A DNA stretch of 64,000 nucleotides from Nitrospirota bacterium (GTDB lineage Bacteria > Nitrospirota > UBA9217): the NCBI GenBank assembly GCA_963840455.1, contig CAWIYV010000004.1, positions 1 to 64,000 on the forward strand, written 5' to 3'. Shown here one piece after another: positions 47,184-57,545 of this stretch (position 1 is its first letter; the number at the start of each line of letters is the position of its first letter). The translations under genes were made by a program, and so were the position numbers. The notes beneath the pieces were generated by a model. It was not told the DNA's origin. It saw only the letters and a program-made list of their open reading frames with translations, and did not search any database.

Positions 47184-47391
47184 TGTTACACGCTCCCCTT
47201 GACAGATTTTTGGAAAACCGTATTTTCACCGCAGAGTTCGCTGAGACCGCTGAGTTTTGACGCTTTTTAAATATCAGATCTATTTCTCTGCGTGCTCTGC
47301 GCTCTCAGCGGTATATCTCGTTCCATCTTAACGTCTTACGCCTTATGCTGTTTCTATTCCGTAATCTAAAATCTGCAATCCGCAATGCTGC

Positions 47392-48300
47392 CTATTCTTC
47401 TTCAATGATCCCGACGTTCCTGAGCATCCGGTTGTCGTCACGCCAGCCCTTCTTCACCTTCACCCAGAGCTGGAGGAACACCTTCACTCCCAGGAGCTTT
47501 TCCGCATCCAGCCGCGCCCGGGTGCCGATCTCCTTCAGCAGGGCGCCGTTCTTGCCGATGACGATCCCCTTCTGCGAATCGCGGTCCACGAAGATGGTGG
47601 CATCGATGCGCGTCAGGCCCGGCTCCTCCTTCACCTGGTCGATCATCACTGCCGTGGAGTACGGGATCTCCTCCTTGGTGAGCTCGAAGATCTTTTCGCG
47701 GATGATCTCGGAGACAACGAACCGCTCCGGCTGGTCCGTCAGCTGGTCGTCGGGAAAGTACTTTGGCCCCTTGGGCATCCGCTTCAGGAGGGCGTCCACA
47801 AGGCCGCCCAGGTCCTGCTTCAGGGCCGATACGGGGATGATCTCGGCAAAGGAGTAGAGCGTGCTGTATTCCTGCATGAGCGGCAGGAGCCGCTCCTTGT
47901 TGATGAGGTCCACCTTGTTGATGATCAGCAGGACCGGGGTCCTGACCTTTGCAAGGGAGTCGATGATGAAGCGGTCACCGCCTCCCGGCTTCTCCGTGGC
48001 CTCCACGAGCAGCATGATGACGTCCACTTCGCTGTACGTGCCAAGCGCCATGTTCACCATGATCTCGTTCATCTTATGCAGCGGTTTGTGGATGCCCGGC
48101 GTGTCGATAAACACCAGCTGGGCGTCCGGCCGGCTCAGGATGCCGCGAATGCGATTCCGCGTGGTCTGGGGTTTGTCGGAAATGATGGATATTTTCTCGC
48201 CCAGGAGGCAGTTCATGAGCGTGGACTTGCCCACGTTCGGCCTTCCGATGATAGCGATGAAGCCGGATCGGAAATCCCTCTCGTTCTTCGCCTCAGTCAT
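47392..48300 (-). CDS. era: GTPase Era
   Basis: GRPNVGKST, PQTTR, DTPG, NKVD, KH domain. Confidence 0.96.
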   Translation of the reverse strand: MTEAKNERDFRSGFIAIIGRPNVGKSTLMNCLLGEKISIISDKPQTTRNRIRGILSRPDAQLVFIDTPGIHKPLHKMNEIMVNMALGTYSEVDVIMLLVEATEKPGGGDRFIIDSLAKVRTPVLLIINKVDLINKERLLPLMQEYSTLYSFAEIIPVSALKQDLGGLVDALLKRMPKGPKYFPDDQLTDQPERFVVSEIIREKIFELTKEEIPYSTAVMIDQVKEEPGLTRIDATIFVDRDSQKGIVIGKNGALLKEIGTRARLDAEKLLGVKVFLQLWVKVKKGWRDDNRMLRNVGIIEEE

Positions 48301-48835
48301 GGCGGTAGCATACCCGAAAGAGGCATGCGACGCAAGAAAAAGCGGATCTCTTGTTGGGCAACACGGGGGGAGGTGGGAAAAGCAACTGCAACGACCTTGG
48401 TTATGGCAGTTCCAAAAGCCCCTGCAGCCCGTGAGCACTGACGATGCGTAGGCATGCGTCACAGAAGCATGGCAAATCACCGCGTCGTTTCCAGCACGCG
48501 CGTCAGCGGAAGTGCTGAGGATAGGACAGAGCGGACAAGAAAACCGCGGACAAACTGCATGCCTGCAGCGCAGTGCGAATGGGCTGCAGAAAAAAGGAGA
48601 TTTGCTTTTTTGGGCAGCCCGGGCTGCTGGAAAGGCAAAGGCTTACGTCTTTACCCAAACTCCGCAGGTCTCACCGGAGCGGACCTACACCCTGCCTTGC
48701 GATGCCGCGGGTGCAAGAGATTGAAGCTCTCTGCTCCTGGTCTTCTCCATGTCTCAATGGTCATCCTCTCTTCTGCCCGACATTTTAAATATCATTTGAC
48801 AATCTCCCGACGTTATCGGTATTATCAACCTACCT

Positions 48836-49822
48836 ATGACCGACCAGACCGTCATCCGCGAACGGATCATCAGGCTCAAGAAGGACCTGAACGCCATCAT
48901 CCTGGCCCACAATTACCAGCGGCCCGAGGTCCAGGACATCGCGGACATCACCGGCGATTCGCTTGAGCTCTCCCGCGCCGCTGCACGGACGGACTTCAAG
49001 GTCATCGTGTTCTGCGGCGTCCATTTCATGGCCGAGAGCGCCTCCATCCTCTCGCCCGACAAGACCGTGCTGCTGCCTGAGATCACGTCGGGCTGTCCCA
49101 TGGCGGACATGATCACCGTGGATGGCCCCCGCACAACAAAGCGGGATCTTTTCCGGGAGCTCTACGGCGTCACTTTTCAGTTCGCCGATGAATTCACGCT
49201 CCTGGACATCAAGCGGCAGCATCCCGGTGTTCCCGTGGTCGCCTACGTGAACACCTCGGCAGCAGTCAAGGCGGAGAGCGACATCTGCTGCACCTCGTCA
49301 AATGTGGTGAAGGTCGTCGAGTCCCTGAAGGAAGATACCGTCATCTGCGTCCCCGACCGGAACCTCTCGGCTTACGCTGCCAAGCGTACGAAGAAGAAGA
49401 TCATCTCCTGGGACGGGTTCTGCAACGTCCATCAGGTCCAGCTCACTATGGACGACGTGACGCACGCCAAGTCCGAACACCCCAAAGCACTGCTCGTGGT
49501 CCATCCCGAATGCCCTCCCGGGATCCAGGACCTTGCTGACCACATCACCAGCACCTCCGGCATGCTGCGCTATTGCAAGGAGTCGCCCAACAAGGAGTTC
49601 ATCATTGGAACCGAGGAAGGCCTCCTTCACCGGCTGAAGAAGGAAAGCCCGGACAAACGGTTTTATCTTCTCTCCCGCAAGATGGTCTGCCCGAACATGA
49701 AGCGCACGAAGATCGAGAGCGTCCTCACGGCCATGGAGAAGATGCAGTACGTCATCAAGGTGCCGGACGAGATCCGTGTCAGGGCAAAGCGGGCGCTGGA
49801 CCGGATGCTGGAGATCACATAG
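48836..49822 (+). CDS. nadA: Quinolinate synthase
   Basis: [37 protein letters not shown]. Confidence 0.95.
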   Translation: MTDQTVIRERIIRLKKDLNAIILAHNYQRPEVQDIADITGDSLELSRAAARTDFKVIVFCGVHFMAESASILSPDKTVLLPEITSGCPMADMITVDGPRTTKRDLFRELYGVTFQFADEFTLLDIKRQHPGVPVVAYVNTSAAVKAESDICCTSSNVVKVVESLKEDTVICVPDRNLSAYAAKRTKKKIISWDGFCNVHQVQLTMDDVTHAKSEHPKALLVVHPECPPGIQDLADHITSTSGMLRYCKESPNKEFIIGTEEGLLHRLKKESPDKRFYLLSRKMVCPNMKRTKIESVLTAMEKMQYVIKVPDEIRVRAKRALDRMLEIT

Positions 49823-49931
49823 TGCTGACGCGGAGAAACGGGGACAGGGAGACAGGGGGACAAAAGCACGCCACTTCAATCATCCCTCTCCGCGTCACCG
49901 CGTCACCGCGTTCTCCCGTCGAGATTTAACC

Positions 49932-51059
49932 ATGCTCACTGCCATCCTCATACTCCTCGCCGTCACTCTGCTGGTCCTGATCTGGTTCATCTTCCAGTCG
50001 CAGAAGCGTACTGCGGATCCGGCCGTCTCGCTCCTCCAGCAGGAGGTCCAGTCGCTGCGCGGCCAGCTCTCGGACGCCATGATCAAGAGTCAGGACGCGG
50101 TGAACCATCAGCTTGTCCACGTCGTGCAGCAGGTGAACTCGCAGCTCGGGCAGGTCACCTCACAGGTGAACACGCGGCTCGGCCAGGTCACCGATCAGCT
50201 TCAGAAGTCCACGGGGGACCTCAATACGCGGCTGGACAACGCGGCAAAGGTCGTTTCCGAGGTGAGCAAGGGTCTGGGCGGGCTGTCCGAAGCAACGAAG
50301 AAGGTCTTCGAGGTGGGCAAGGACATAGCGAGCCTGCAGGAGATCCTGCGCTCGCCCAAGCTCCGGGGCGGCCTCGGCGAGCTGTTCCTGGGCGACCTGC
50401 TGGCCCAGATCCTGCCGCCCGCCCACTTCACGCTGCAGCACCGGTTCAAGAGCGGTGAGGCCGTGGACGCGGTCATCCGGCTCGGCCAGAACCTGGTGCC
50501 CGTAGACGCGAAGTTCCCGCTCGAGAACTTCCGGCGGGTCATTGAGGTTTCTTCGGAAGAGGAGCGGAAGGCGGCGAAGCGGAAGTTTCTGGCCGACGTA
50601 AAGAAACATGTTGACGCGATCAGCGGTAAGTATATCCTGCCGGACGAGGGTACGTTCGACTTCGCCCTCATGTACATCCCGGCGGAGAACGTATACTACG
50701 AACTGATCATCAAGGACGAGGCCATGGACTCGGACAAGGGCCTGCTCAACTACTCATTCGCCAAGCGGGTCATCCCGGTCTCGCCGAACAGCTTCTATGC
50801 CTACCTTCAGACGATCCTCCTCGGCCTGAAGGGACTGCACATCGAAGAGCGGGCCCAGGAGATCCTGACCAATCTTGCCCGTCTTTCAGGCGACTTCCGG
50901 AAGTTCCGGGAGGAATTTGATACGGTGGGAAAGCATATCACGAACACGAAGTCGCGTTACGATGACGCCGACAAACGGCTCGAAAAGTTCAGTGACAAGC
51001 TTGAGTCTCTTAGTGAAGCCTCCCCCGCCATCGAGGAGACCCGGAAGCTACCGCTCTAG
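49932..51059 (+). CDS. rmuC: DNA recombination protein RmuC
   Basis: N-terminal TM, coiled coil, PKLRGGLGE, VDAKFP, FALMYIPAE. Confidence 0.92.
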   Translation: MLTAILILLAVTLLVLIWFIFQSQKRTADPAVSLLQQEVQSLRGQLSDAMIKSQDAVNHQLVHVVQQVNSQLGQVTSQVNTRLGQVTDQLQKSTGDLNTRLDNAAKVVSEVSKGLGGLSEATKKVFEVGKDIASLQEILRSPKLRGGLGELFLGDLLAQILPPAHFTLQHRFKSGEAVDAVIRLGQNLVPVDAKFPLENFRRVIEVSSEEERKAAKRKFLADVKKHVDAISGKYILPDEGTFDFALMYIPAENVYYELIIKDEAMDSDKGLLNYSFAKRVIPVSPNSFYAYLQTILLGLKGLHIEERAQEILTNLARLSGDFRKFREEFDTVGKHITNTKSRYDDADKRLEKFSDKLESLSEASPAIEETRKLPL

Positions 51060-51109
51060 TGGTTGGAGTTGTTCCTGCGCCTTCTGCCTTCAGACCTCAG
51101 CCTCCTGCC

Positions 51110-51442
51110 TCAATGGTCATGGCCTGACGCGCTATGCCCTCCCGAGATCACATACACGGCCTCTGAGCCGGTCCTGTTCTCCGCAATGCACATTTCCTCT
51201 CCTTTGAGATGGATGGCCTGGCCCTGCTTCAGCGTCACCGTGACCGCTCCCGTTAAGGTCAGGCCGCCTGTTATAACCATGATCATCTCCTCGTGGCCCC
51301 TGCCCGGCCTCAGCTCGCGCCCCTTTTCGCCGGCCCTGAGCACGCCGTAGATAAGATAGCACGCGTGGCTGCCGGTCTCATCAAAACCCAGGATGTACTC
51401 CCCAGACCCCGCGATCCTGCTGGCCACTTCGAACACCTTCAT
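51110..51442 (-). CDS. Cupin-like protein
   Basis: GSHACYLIYG...PGRGHEE beta-rich pattern. Confidence 0.65.
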   Translation of the reverse strand: MKVFEVASRIAGSGEYILGFDETGSHACYLIYGVLRAGEKGRELRPGRGHEEMIMVITGGLTLTGAVTVTLKQGQAIHLKGEEMCIAENRTGSEAVYVISGGHSASGHDH

Positions 51443-51629
51443 ATACGCACCTCACTGACACCTCAATGATGTCGATCACGTCACAACGACTCTATCACAG
51501 GATATAGCATAGTGCAATACAGCGAAGGTACCGTTTGTCAGGTCCTGCCGCCCTGTGTGATGCGAGCAAGGTCCTTTTCATCTGGTTTGAGCTCTGGTAC
51601 TATGACATGGCCAGAATGAGGAGGGAACA

Positions 51630-52241
51630 ATGGCAGCAACGACTGATGCCGGAGAACGGAAGGCCTGGGAGACCCTGGCAACGCTCAAGACTGCCGACGT
51701 TTGCAGGGCAGCGGCCGTGAGCTATGATGCTGCGTCGGGGCTCTATACGGTCAGGTCGTTCGGACAGGACATCGTTGTATCGCCAAAGTACCGGACGGTG
51801 TCGGGCTTGCTTCCGGTGACCGGCTGCCTTCCCGGCGAATACGGGGAATTGTTCCCGCTGGCGGTCCTCTGGTACCTGGTGCTCGCGAAGGACATTGTCC
51901 CAACGGGGAAGCTCGTCCACCTGGAGGACCTCCGCGGCGGGGACATCTTCGCCCGGGGGTCCCATGTACTGCCGCTGGAAAAGGTGGCCAAAAGATACGA
52001 AAATGACCGGGAAGGCTTCCTGAAGAAAGGGCTTGATCAGGGAGGTGAAACAATTCCGCTCGCAGACGCGGCGGTCCGGCTCACCCCCCTGCCGCGCGTG
52101 CCAATGACCATGACGTTCTGGCTTGCCGACGAGGAGTTCCCGGCGCGGGCGGGACTCTTTTTTGATTCCACCTGCAGTCTGCAGCTTCCCACCGACATCC
52201 TGTGGTCCCTTGCCAGGCTCTGCTGCCTCGCCCTGTTGTAA
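51630..52241 (+). CDS. DUF3786-like protein
   Basis: LPRVP...W.ADEEFPA...FD pattern. Confidence 0.75.
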   Translation: MAATTDAGERKAWETLATLKTADVCRAAAVSYDAASGLYTVRSFGQDIVVSPKYRTVSGLLPVTGCLPGEYGELFPLAVLWYLVLAKDIVPTGKLVHLEDLRGGDIFARGSHVLPLEKVAKRYENDREGFLKKGLDQGGETIPLADAAVRLTPLPRVPMTMTFWLADEEFPARAGLFFDSTCSLQLPTDILWSLARLCCLALL

Positions 52242-52245
52242 GCTC

Positions 52246-54075
52246 CTACATCTCCACCCGCGTTACCACGCCGTGCAGTTTGTTCGCCGGAAGCTTGAAG
52301 AACTGCACGATGTTCGGCGTCAGCTTCTTGATGACCGAGAACGCCTGCCAGCAGATGTTCGTTGCCGTGATGTCCTCGACCCCGTAGAAGATCGTCTTCT
52401 CCCTGATGTCCGCTTCCCGAAGGATCTCCTCCACGTCGGGGATCTCCATGTACCCCATCTGGATCTCGAAGGACCGGAGCCCCGGCGCAAGGTCCTCCTT
52501 GAAGTAGCCGGTCACGCCGAAGGGATCGTCACGCCGGACGATCGAGACGATGATATTGTCCTCGTAGAGGATGTTGTTCTTGAACATGGTGTGGACCACA
52601 TAAGGGGGGATCTCTTTCGCGTCCTTGGCGAAGAACAGCGCCGTGCCGCTGATCTTGTTCACGGCCTGGTAGATCTGATTATAGCTCAGCAGGAACACAT
52701 CCAGCTGCAGCGGCTGGAGCGCATTATAGAGCTTCTTCTGTCCCCGCGTGTACAGCATGATCATGCTGAACGGCATCGAAGCGATGATGAGCGACCAGAA
52801 CCCGCCGTGGGGGATCTTGTAGGTGTTGGACACGAGGAAGGCAATGTTCACCACGGTCACGAAGATCGAAACGGCAGCGTGCCCGTATTTCCCGCGACGC
52901 AGGAAGATCCAGGTCATCATGAAACCGGTCAGCGTCATGGTCCCCGTGACCGCCAGGCCGTAAGCTGCCGCCAGGTTGCTCGACCGCTGGAACTCGAACA
53001 TGATGAACAGCACGGCGATCAGCAGGAACCAGTTGACGGACCCGATGTAGATCTGCGACTGGCGCTCGCGTGAAGTGTAGTCGATCCTGAACATGGGCAT
53101 GACGCGGGTGGCGATGCCCTGGTACACGATGGAGAACATGCCGCTGATCATGGCCTGCGATGCAATGACCGTGGCCATGATGCTGAGCACCAGGAACGGG
53201 ATGTAGAGCGGCCGGGCCTGGTTGAACACCATTTCGAACAGCACGTTCTTGGCATCGGGATGGGCGATGACGAAGGCGCCCTGACCCAGGTAGTTGATGA
53301 TCAGTGCGAAGAACACGAAGTACCATGCACGGACGATGGGCGCCCTGCCCAGATGCCCCATGTCGGCATACAGCGCCTCGCCTCCCGTGGCGCAGAGGAT
53401 GACCTCGGACAGGACAAAGAACCCGGTGATACCGTGATCCACCAGGAAGTTGACCGCATAGTACGGATTGACGGCCAGGACGACGTACGGGGCGTGGATA
53501 ATGGACGCGAGACCGGACAGCGTGAGCGCCGCGAACCAGACGATCATGATCGGGCCGAACGCCGCAGCCACCTTCTCCGTTCCCTTTTTCTGGACCGAGA
53601 AGAGGGCGATGGCTATGAGGCCGGCGATGGCGATCAGGGCCGCCTGTTTGGTCTCCTCGAGCCCCGGGATCAGGAGCAGGCCTTCCACGGCGCTCAGGAT
53701 ACTGATTGCAGGAGTAATGACGCCGTCGCCGATGATGAGAGAGATGCCGATGAAGGAAAGCAGGGTGATAAAGGTCACCTGCCTGCCGGACCGGAGGAGC
53801 GGGACGAGGATCTCCCGCAGCACGATCGTGCCGCCCTCGCCCCGGTGGCCGAGACTCATGGCAAGCCAGGCGTACTGGACCGTGACCAGGAGGATGAGTG
53901 TCCAGACGATGAGCGACAGGACACCGACCACATGCTCATCTGTTACCGGCTTCGGCATCAGCAGGAAGATGACCGTGAGGGTGTAGATGGGGCTTGTGCC
54001 GATGTCGCCGAACACCAGGCCGAGCGACTGAACGATGCCGCGGAGAGAGATTTTTTTCTTCGTCATAGCGCCCAT
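52246..54075 (-). CDS. kup: KUP/HAK/KT potassium transporter
   Basis: GLVFGDIGTSPIY, GEGG, TGGEALYADMGH, AYGLAV. Confidence 0.95.
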   Translation of the reverse strand: MGAMTKKKISLRGIVQSLGLVFGDIGTSPIYTLTVIFLLMPKPVTDEHVVGVLSLIVWTLILLVTVQYAWLAMSLGHRGEGGTIVLREILVPLLRSGRQVTFITLLSFIGISLIIGDGVITPAISILSAVEGLLLIPGLEETKQAALIAIAGLIAIALFSVQKKGTEKVAAAFGPIMIVWFAALTLSGLASIIHAPYVVLAVNPYYAVNFLVDHGITGFFVLSEVILCATGGEALYADMGHLGRAPIVRAWYFVFFALIINYLGQGAFVIAHPDAKNVLFEMVFNQARPLYIPFLVLSIMATVIASQAMISGMFSIVYQGIATRVMPMFRIDYTSRERQSQIYIGSVNWFLLIAVLFIMFEFQRSSNLAAAYGLAVTGTMTLTGFMMTWIFLRRGKYGHAAVSIFVTVVNIAFLVSNTYKIPHGGFWSLIIASMPFSMIMLYTRGQKKLYNALQPLQLDVFLLSYNQIYQAVNKISGTALFFAKDAKEIPPYVVHTMFKNNILYEDNIIVSIVRRDDPFGVTGYFKEDLAPGLRSFEIQMGYMEIPDVEEILREADIREKTIFYGVEDITATNICWQAFSVIKKLTPNIVQFFKLPANKLHGVVTRVEM

Positions 54076-54300
54076 CCCGGCAGGGCCCCCTTGAGATAGT
54101 GGAACACCTGGACCCTACCGTTCAACCGGCCAGCCACGTAGATGCGGTCGTTCCCATCGATGGCGATCCCCGCCGGGAGAGGAAAATATCCTGACCGGGG
54201 CCCAAACTGCCCGATAATGAGCAGAACATTCCCCTGATGGTCAAATTTGAACATTGCTGAAGGCCGCGTCGGTCACGATACTGGACAGTACCGCTATGAA
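54063..54300 (-). pseudogene. 3' remnant of an NHL-repeat gene
   Basis: IVTDAAFSNVQI then a frameshift to FDHQGNVLLIIG...PAGIAIDGNDRIYVA..LNGRVQVF; no 5' part. Confidence 0.65.
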
Positions 54301-54390
54301 GAATCGATTGTGGATCATATTGCAAAGGTATGCAGACAATGATCGACTGTTAGTATACCATAAAAACAGGTGTCCGCCTCTTACTTTCCA

Positions 54391-54549
54391 GGGTAATCCC
54401 GCAGAACACTGAAGAGTTAGCGCTCGCTCCTGGATTTAAGCTCCCTGCTGCAAGAGGCATGGAGCTTCGATCCTCAGAGAACTCTGTTATTCTAATCGCT
54501 CGCTGGCCCCGCGGCAGACTGCGGGGAATGCGCTCGCTCCTGGATTTAA
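54391..54549 (+). repeat. Partial plus degenerate full copy of the two-hairpin element
   Basis: GCGCTCGCTCCTGGATTTAAG occurs twice; internal TTCGATCCTCA and ATTCTAATCGCTCGCT. Confidence 0.8.
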
Positions 54550-54719
54550 GGTGAATTGTTGACTGCGATGGCAGCTTCCCCGGGGCCATCGACCATCGCA
54601 GTACCGGTAAATATGTTCTTGACAGGCTATGCGATATTCGTTTAAATATACCCTATGAAAAATATCAGCTGCCAGCACTGCCAACTGAAAGAGATCTATT
54701 GATCCGGCCTTCCGGATGA

Positions 54720-55541
54720 ATGTCTGATATGGCACGGTACCCGGCAAGGCTGTGTATGCTCAGCGTAGAGATCATGACCGTCCTCATCATGGGTGCTGCG
54801 CTGGCCTGCGTGAGCGACACCACTTCGGAAGGCATTTCAGGGACGCAATTCGATCTCGTCTGGAAATATCCAAAACTCCCCCCTCCGGCCCAGTACGGCA
54901 ATATCCTGATCAGCCGCCTGACCCGCAGCAGCACGCACCTGCCGGTCGCCTTCTCACACTGGGTCCACCGGCGCTTCTATACGTGCCGTGTCTGCCATTT
55001 CGAGCTGAACTTCGCCATGAAGACGAACGCGTCGGACATCACGGAAGCAACGATCCGGAAGGGCGATTACTGTGGGGCATGTCACAACGGCAAGATCGCG
55101 TTCGGCATCAACGATTCCACATGCGGGAACTGTCACACCGGCAAGATCAACTCGTCCGATGACCGCTTCTCTCTCCTGAAGGACTTCCCGAAGGCAAGAT
55201 ACGGTGACGAGATCAACTGGGTCAAAGCGCTCAAAAAGGGCCTCATTACGCCGAAGCAGAGTCTCTTTAATCCGGACTATGAGCCGATCCAGTTCGAAAA
55301 GATCCTGCGTCTTGAGCCCGAAAGGAGGATGATTAAGACCCGGGCGATCTTCCCCCACCAGAAGCACACCGATTGGCTCGACTGCGCCGATTGTCATCCC
55401 GGCATCTTCAACATCCAGAAGAAGGGCGCCCAGCGTTTCCGTATGGACTACATCAATAGCGGGATGTTCTGCGGCGTCTGCCACCTCACTGTCGCCTTCC
55501 CTGTCCAGGACTGCAGGAGATGCCACCCTGACCTGAATTGA
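54720..55541 (+). CDS. Hexaheme cytochrome c (two c7-type modules)
   Basis: 6 CxxCH motifs; FSHWVH and FPHQKH. Confidence 0.88.
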   Translation: MSDMARYPARLCMLSVEIMTVLIMGAALACVSDTTSEGISGTQFDLVWKYPKLPPPAQYGNILISRLTRSSTHLPVAFSHWVHRRFYTCRVCHFELNFAMKTNASDITEATIRKGDYCGACHNGKIAFGINDSTCGNCHTGKINSSDDRFSLLKDFPKARYGDEINWVKALKKGLITPKQSLFNPDYEPIQFEKILRLEPERRMIKTRAIFPHQKHTDWLDCADCHPGIFNIQKKGAQRFRMDYINSGMFCGVCHLTVAFPVQDCRRCHPDLN

Positions 55542-55962
55542 CCCCACCCGATCCCCTGGCCGTGTGCAATGAGCGCTCCCCGACGACCCTGTCCAGATCA
55601 TGCTCGATCGCTGCAGTGACGCATGAACGAAAACGGTGGTTGAAACACAGATGAACACGGTTTAAAGAGCGGAGCAGAACCTTATGAGACGGAGGAACGT
55701 CACCCCACGGGTGATTCTTGTGTTTGGTTTATGATTCTGGAATATCCGTGTCGCTGAGAAGCGCCTGCTTTTGGTTATCCGTGTTGATGCGCGGCCAATG
55801 ATTTTTCAGGATCAGAGACCTGACGAGCAGGGTCGGGCAATACGAGCGGGAGCGCTGTAGCGCGGTCAGCGGTACCGGAAACCGCGGAGTCAGCCTGCAA
55901 ACGCTAGCCGCTGTAGCAGAGCAGCCGGGAGCACCATTCGCCTTCGGGTTCAACAGCAACGG

Positions 55963-56054
55963 TCAGATCAGACCAAACCGTTTCATGCGCCGGCGGAACG
56001 CGTCGCGGGGCATTTTCAGCAGCTGCGCAGCCCGGGTCTTAGTAATGCCATGGT
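55963..56054 (-). pseudogene. Fis-type HTH remnant of an NtrC-family regulator
   Basis: TKTRAAQLLKMPRDAFRRRMKRFGLI* directly after the kinase stop; resembles the C-terminus of 32094-33446. Confidence 0.6.
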
Positions 56055-57545
56055 TCAGGCGCTCCTTGTTTGTTCTTCGTTCTTGGGCAAGGGAAGGGTG
56101 ATCGTGAAGGTCGCTCCCCTGCCCGGCGCGCTCTCCACGCCGAGTTCGCCTTTGTGCTGCTCCACGATCCGTTGCGTAATGGACAGACCCAGCCCCGTGC
56201 CCTGATGGCGCGTGGTGAAGAAGGGGATGAATATCCTGCCCAGGTTCTCGGGCGTAATGCCATCCCCGGAGTCCGTGAAGACGATCTTGATCGCGCCGGG
56301 AATGTCGCCTTCACGCTCCTCGGCCCGCGTTTCGACCGAGAATTTTCCGCCCTCCGGCATGGCCTTGATGGCGTTCAGGGAGATGTTCAAAAGGGCCTGC
56401 TGCATCAGGTCCGGATCAAGGACCAGCCACGGCAGGCCGACCGTGAGCTTCCGCTCGACAGTGATGCCGTGTTTGGCGAACTGCGGCGAAAGGAAGTCGA
56501 TAAGCTTCCCGATGAGCTCGTTGATGTCCACGAGAGTCATCTTGGGTTCGGGCGGCCGGGCGAAGGAGAGGAGGTTCCGGACCGCCTTGTCCATGCGCTC
56601 CACCTGGGACAGCACCTCGTCCAATATGCCACGTTTCGGGTCACCGGCCGCGATGTCCTTCTTCAGCACCTGGATCACACCGGCAATGCCCGCCAACGGG
56701 TTTTTGATCTCATGGGCGATGCCGGCCGCCATCTCGCCGATGGATGCCAGACGGTCCGCCCGTTTCATCTGCTCGTAATGGTATCGCTCCACCCGGCGCC
56801 GGGCACGCTCCAGCTTGGACAGGAGCGAGTTGAACGCCTCGCCGAGCCTCCCGATGTCGTCGGCGCTCCTTACCTGCACCCGCGCCTCCAGCCCCCGCTC
56901 GGCGCGCTCCATGGTAGCAATGAGGTCCTGGATGGGGTCCGTAACGAACCGGGTCAGGAAGAGCCCGAGGAGGAGCGCCAGCGTCGCGGTGATGCCTAAG
57001 GCCCAGAGTATCATGGTCTTGCTGAGCTCGCCTACCTTTTCCTGCGTCTGGACCATGGACACGTCCACGGCCAGGATGCCGTTCAGCTTCGTCGAGGACC
57101 CATGGCAGCGAACGCATTGTTCCGTGTTCGCGATCGGGAAGAGCACGGAAAACACGCCTTCGTCCCGCCGCTTGATGGGCTTCTTGAACTCGCCCTCCAG
57201 GAACCATTTCTGGGTGGCGGCATCGACCTTCCGGCCGATCAGCCACGGTTTCGATGACTTCAGGATCACGCCGCTGGGGCTGAAGATCTTCAATTCCCGG
57301 ATATTCTGGTAGGTGCCGACGGCTTCGAGGACGTGCTGGACCTCCTTGCTCATGCCGTCCAGCATGGCGTTCGCGAGGCTCTGCTCGATGGTATTGGAGA
57401 TGATGAGGACGTTGTCCTCGAGTGCGGACTCCATCTGTGCACGCTGGTAGCCGATGTTGATCCACGTACCCGTACCGATGATGACTGCCAGGATGGCGGA
57501 CACCGAGATGATGATCTTGCTCTTGAGGCTCGAGACGAATCTCAC
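56055..57545 (-). CDS. HAMP sensor histidine kinase with periplasmic CxxCH
   Basis: CVRCH; AHEIKNPL; GTGLGL. Confidence 0.92.
   Translation of the reverse strand: MRFVSSLKSKIIISVSAILAVIIGTGTWINIGYQRAQMESALEDNVLIISNTIEQSLANAMLDGMSKEVQHVLEAVGTYQNIRELKIFSPSGVILKSSKPWLIGRKVDAATQKWFLEGEFKKPIKRRDEGVFSVLFPIANTEQCVRCHGSSTKLNGILAVDVSMVQTQEKVGELSKTMILWALGITATLALLLGLFLTRFVTDPIQDLIATMERAERGLEARVQVRSADDIGRLGEAFNSLLSKLERARRRVERYHYEQMKRADRLASIGEMAAGIAHEIKNPLAGIAGVIQVLKKDIAAGDPKRGILDEVLSQVERMDKAVRNLLSFARPPEPKMTLVDINELIGKLIDFLSPQFAKHGITVERKLTVGLPWLVLDPDLMQQALLNISLNAIKAMPEGGKFSVETRAEEREGDIPGAIKIVFTDSGDGITPENLGRIFIPFFTTRHQGTGLGLSITQRIVEQHKGELGVESAPGRGATFTITLPLPKNEEQTRSA

Noticed and set aside
48340-48780. ORFs or a riboswitch in the era-nadA intergenic region
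   Set aside because: Atypical codon use and no recognisable aptamer consensus; needs an Rfam scan.
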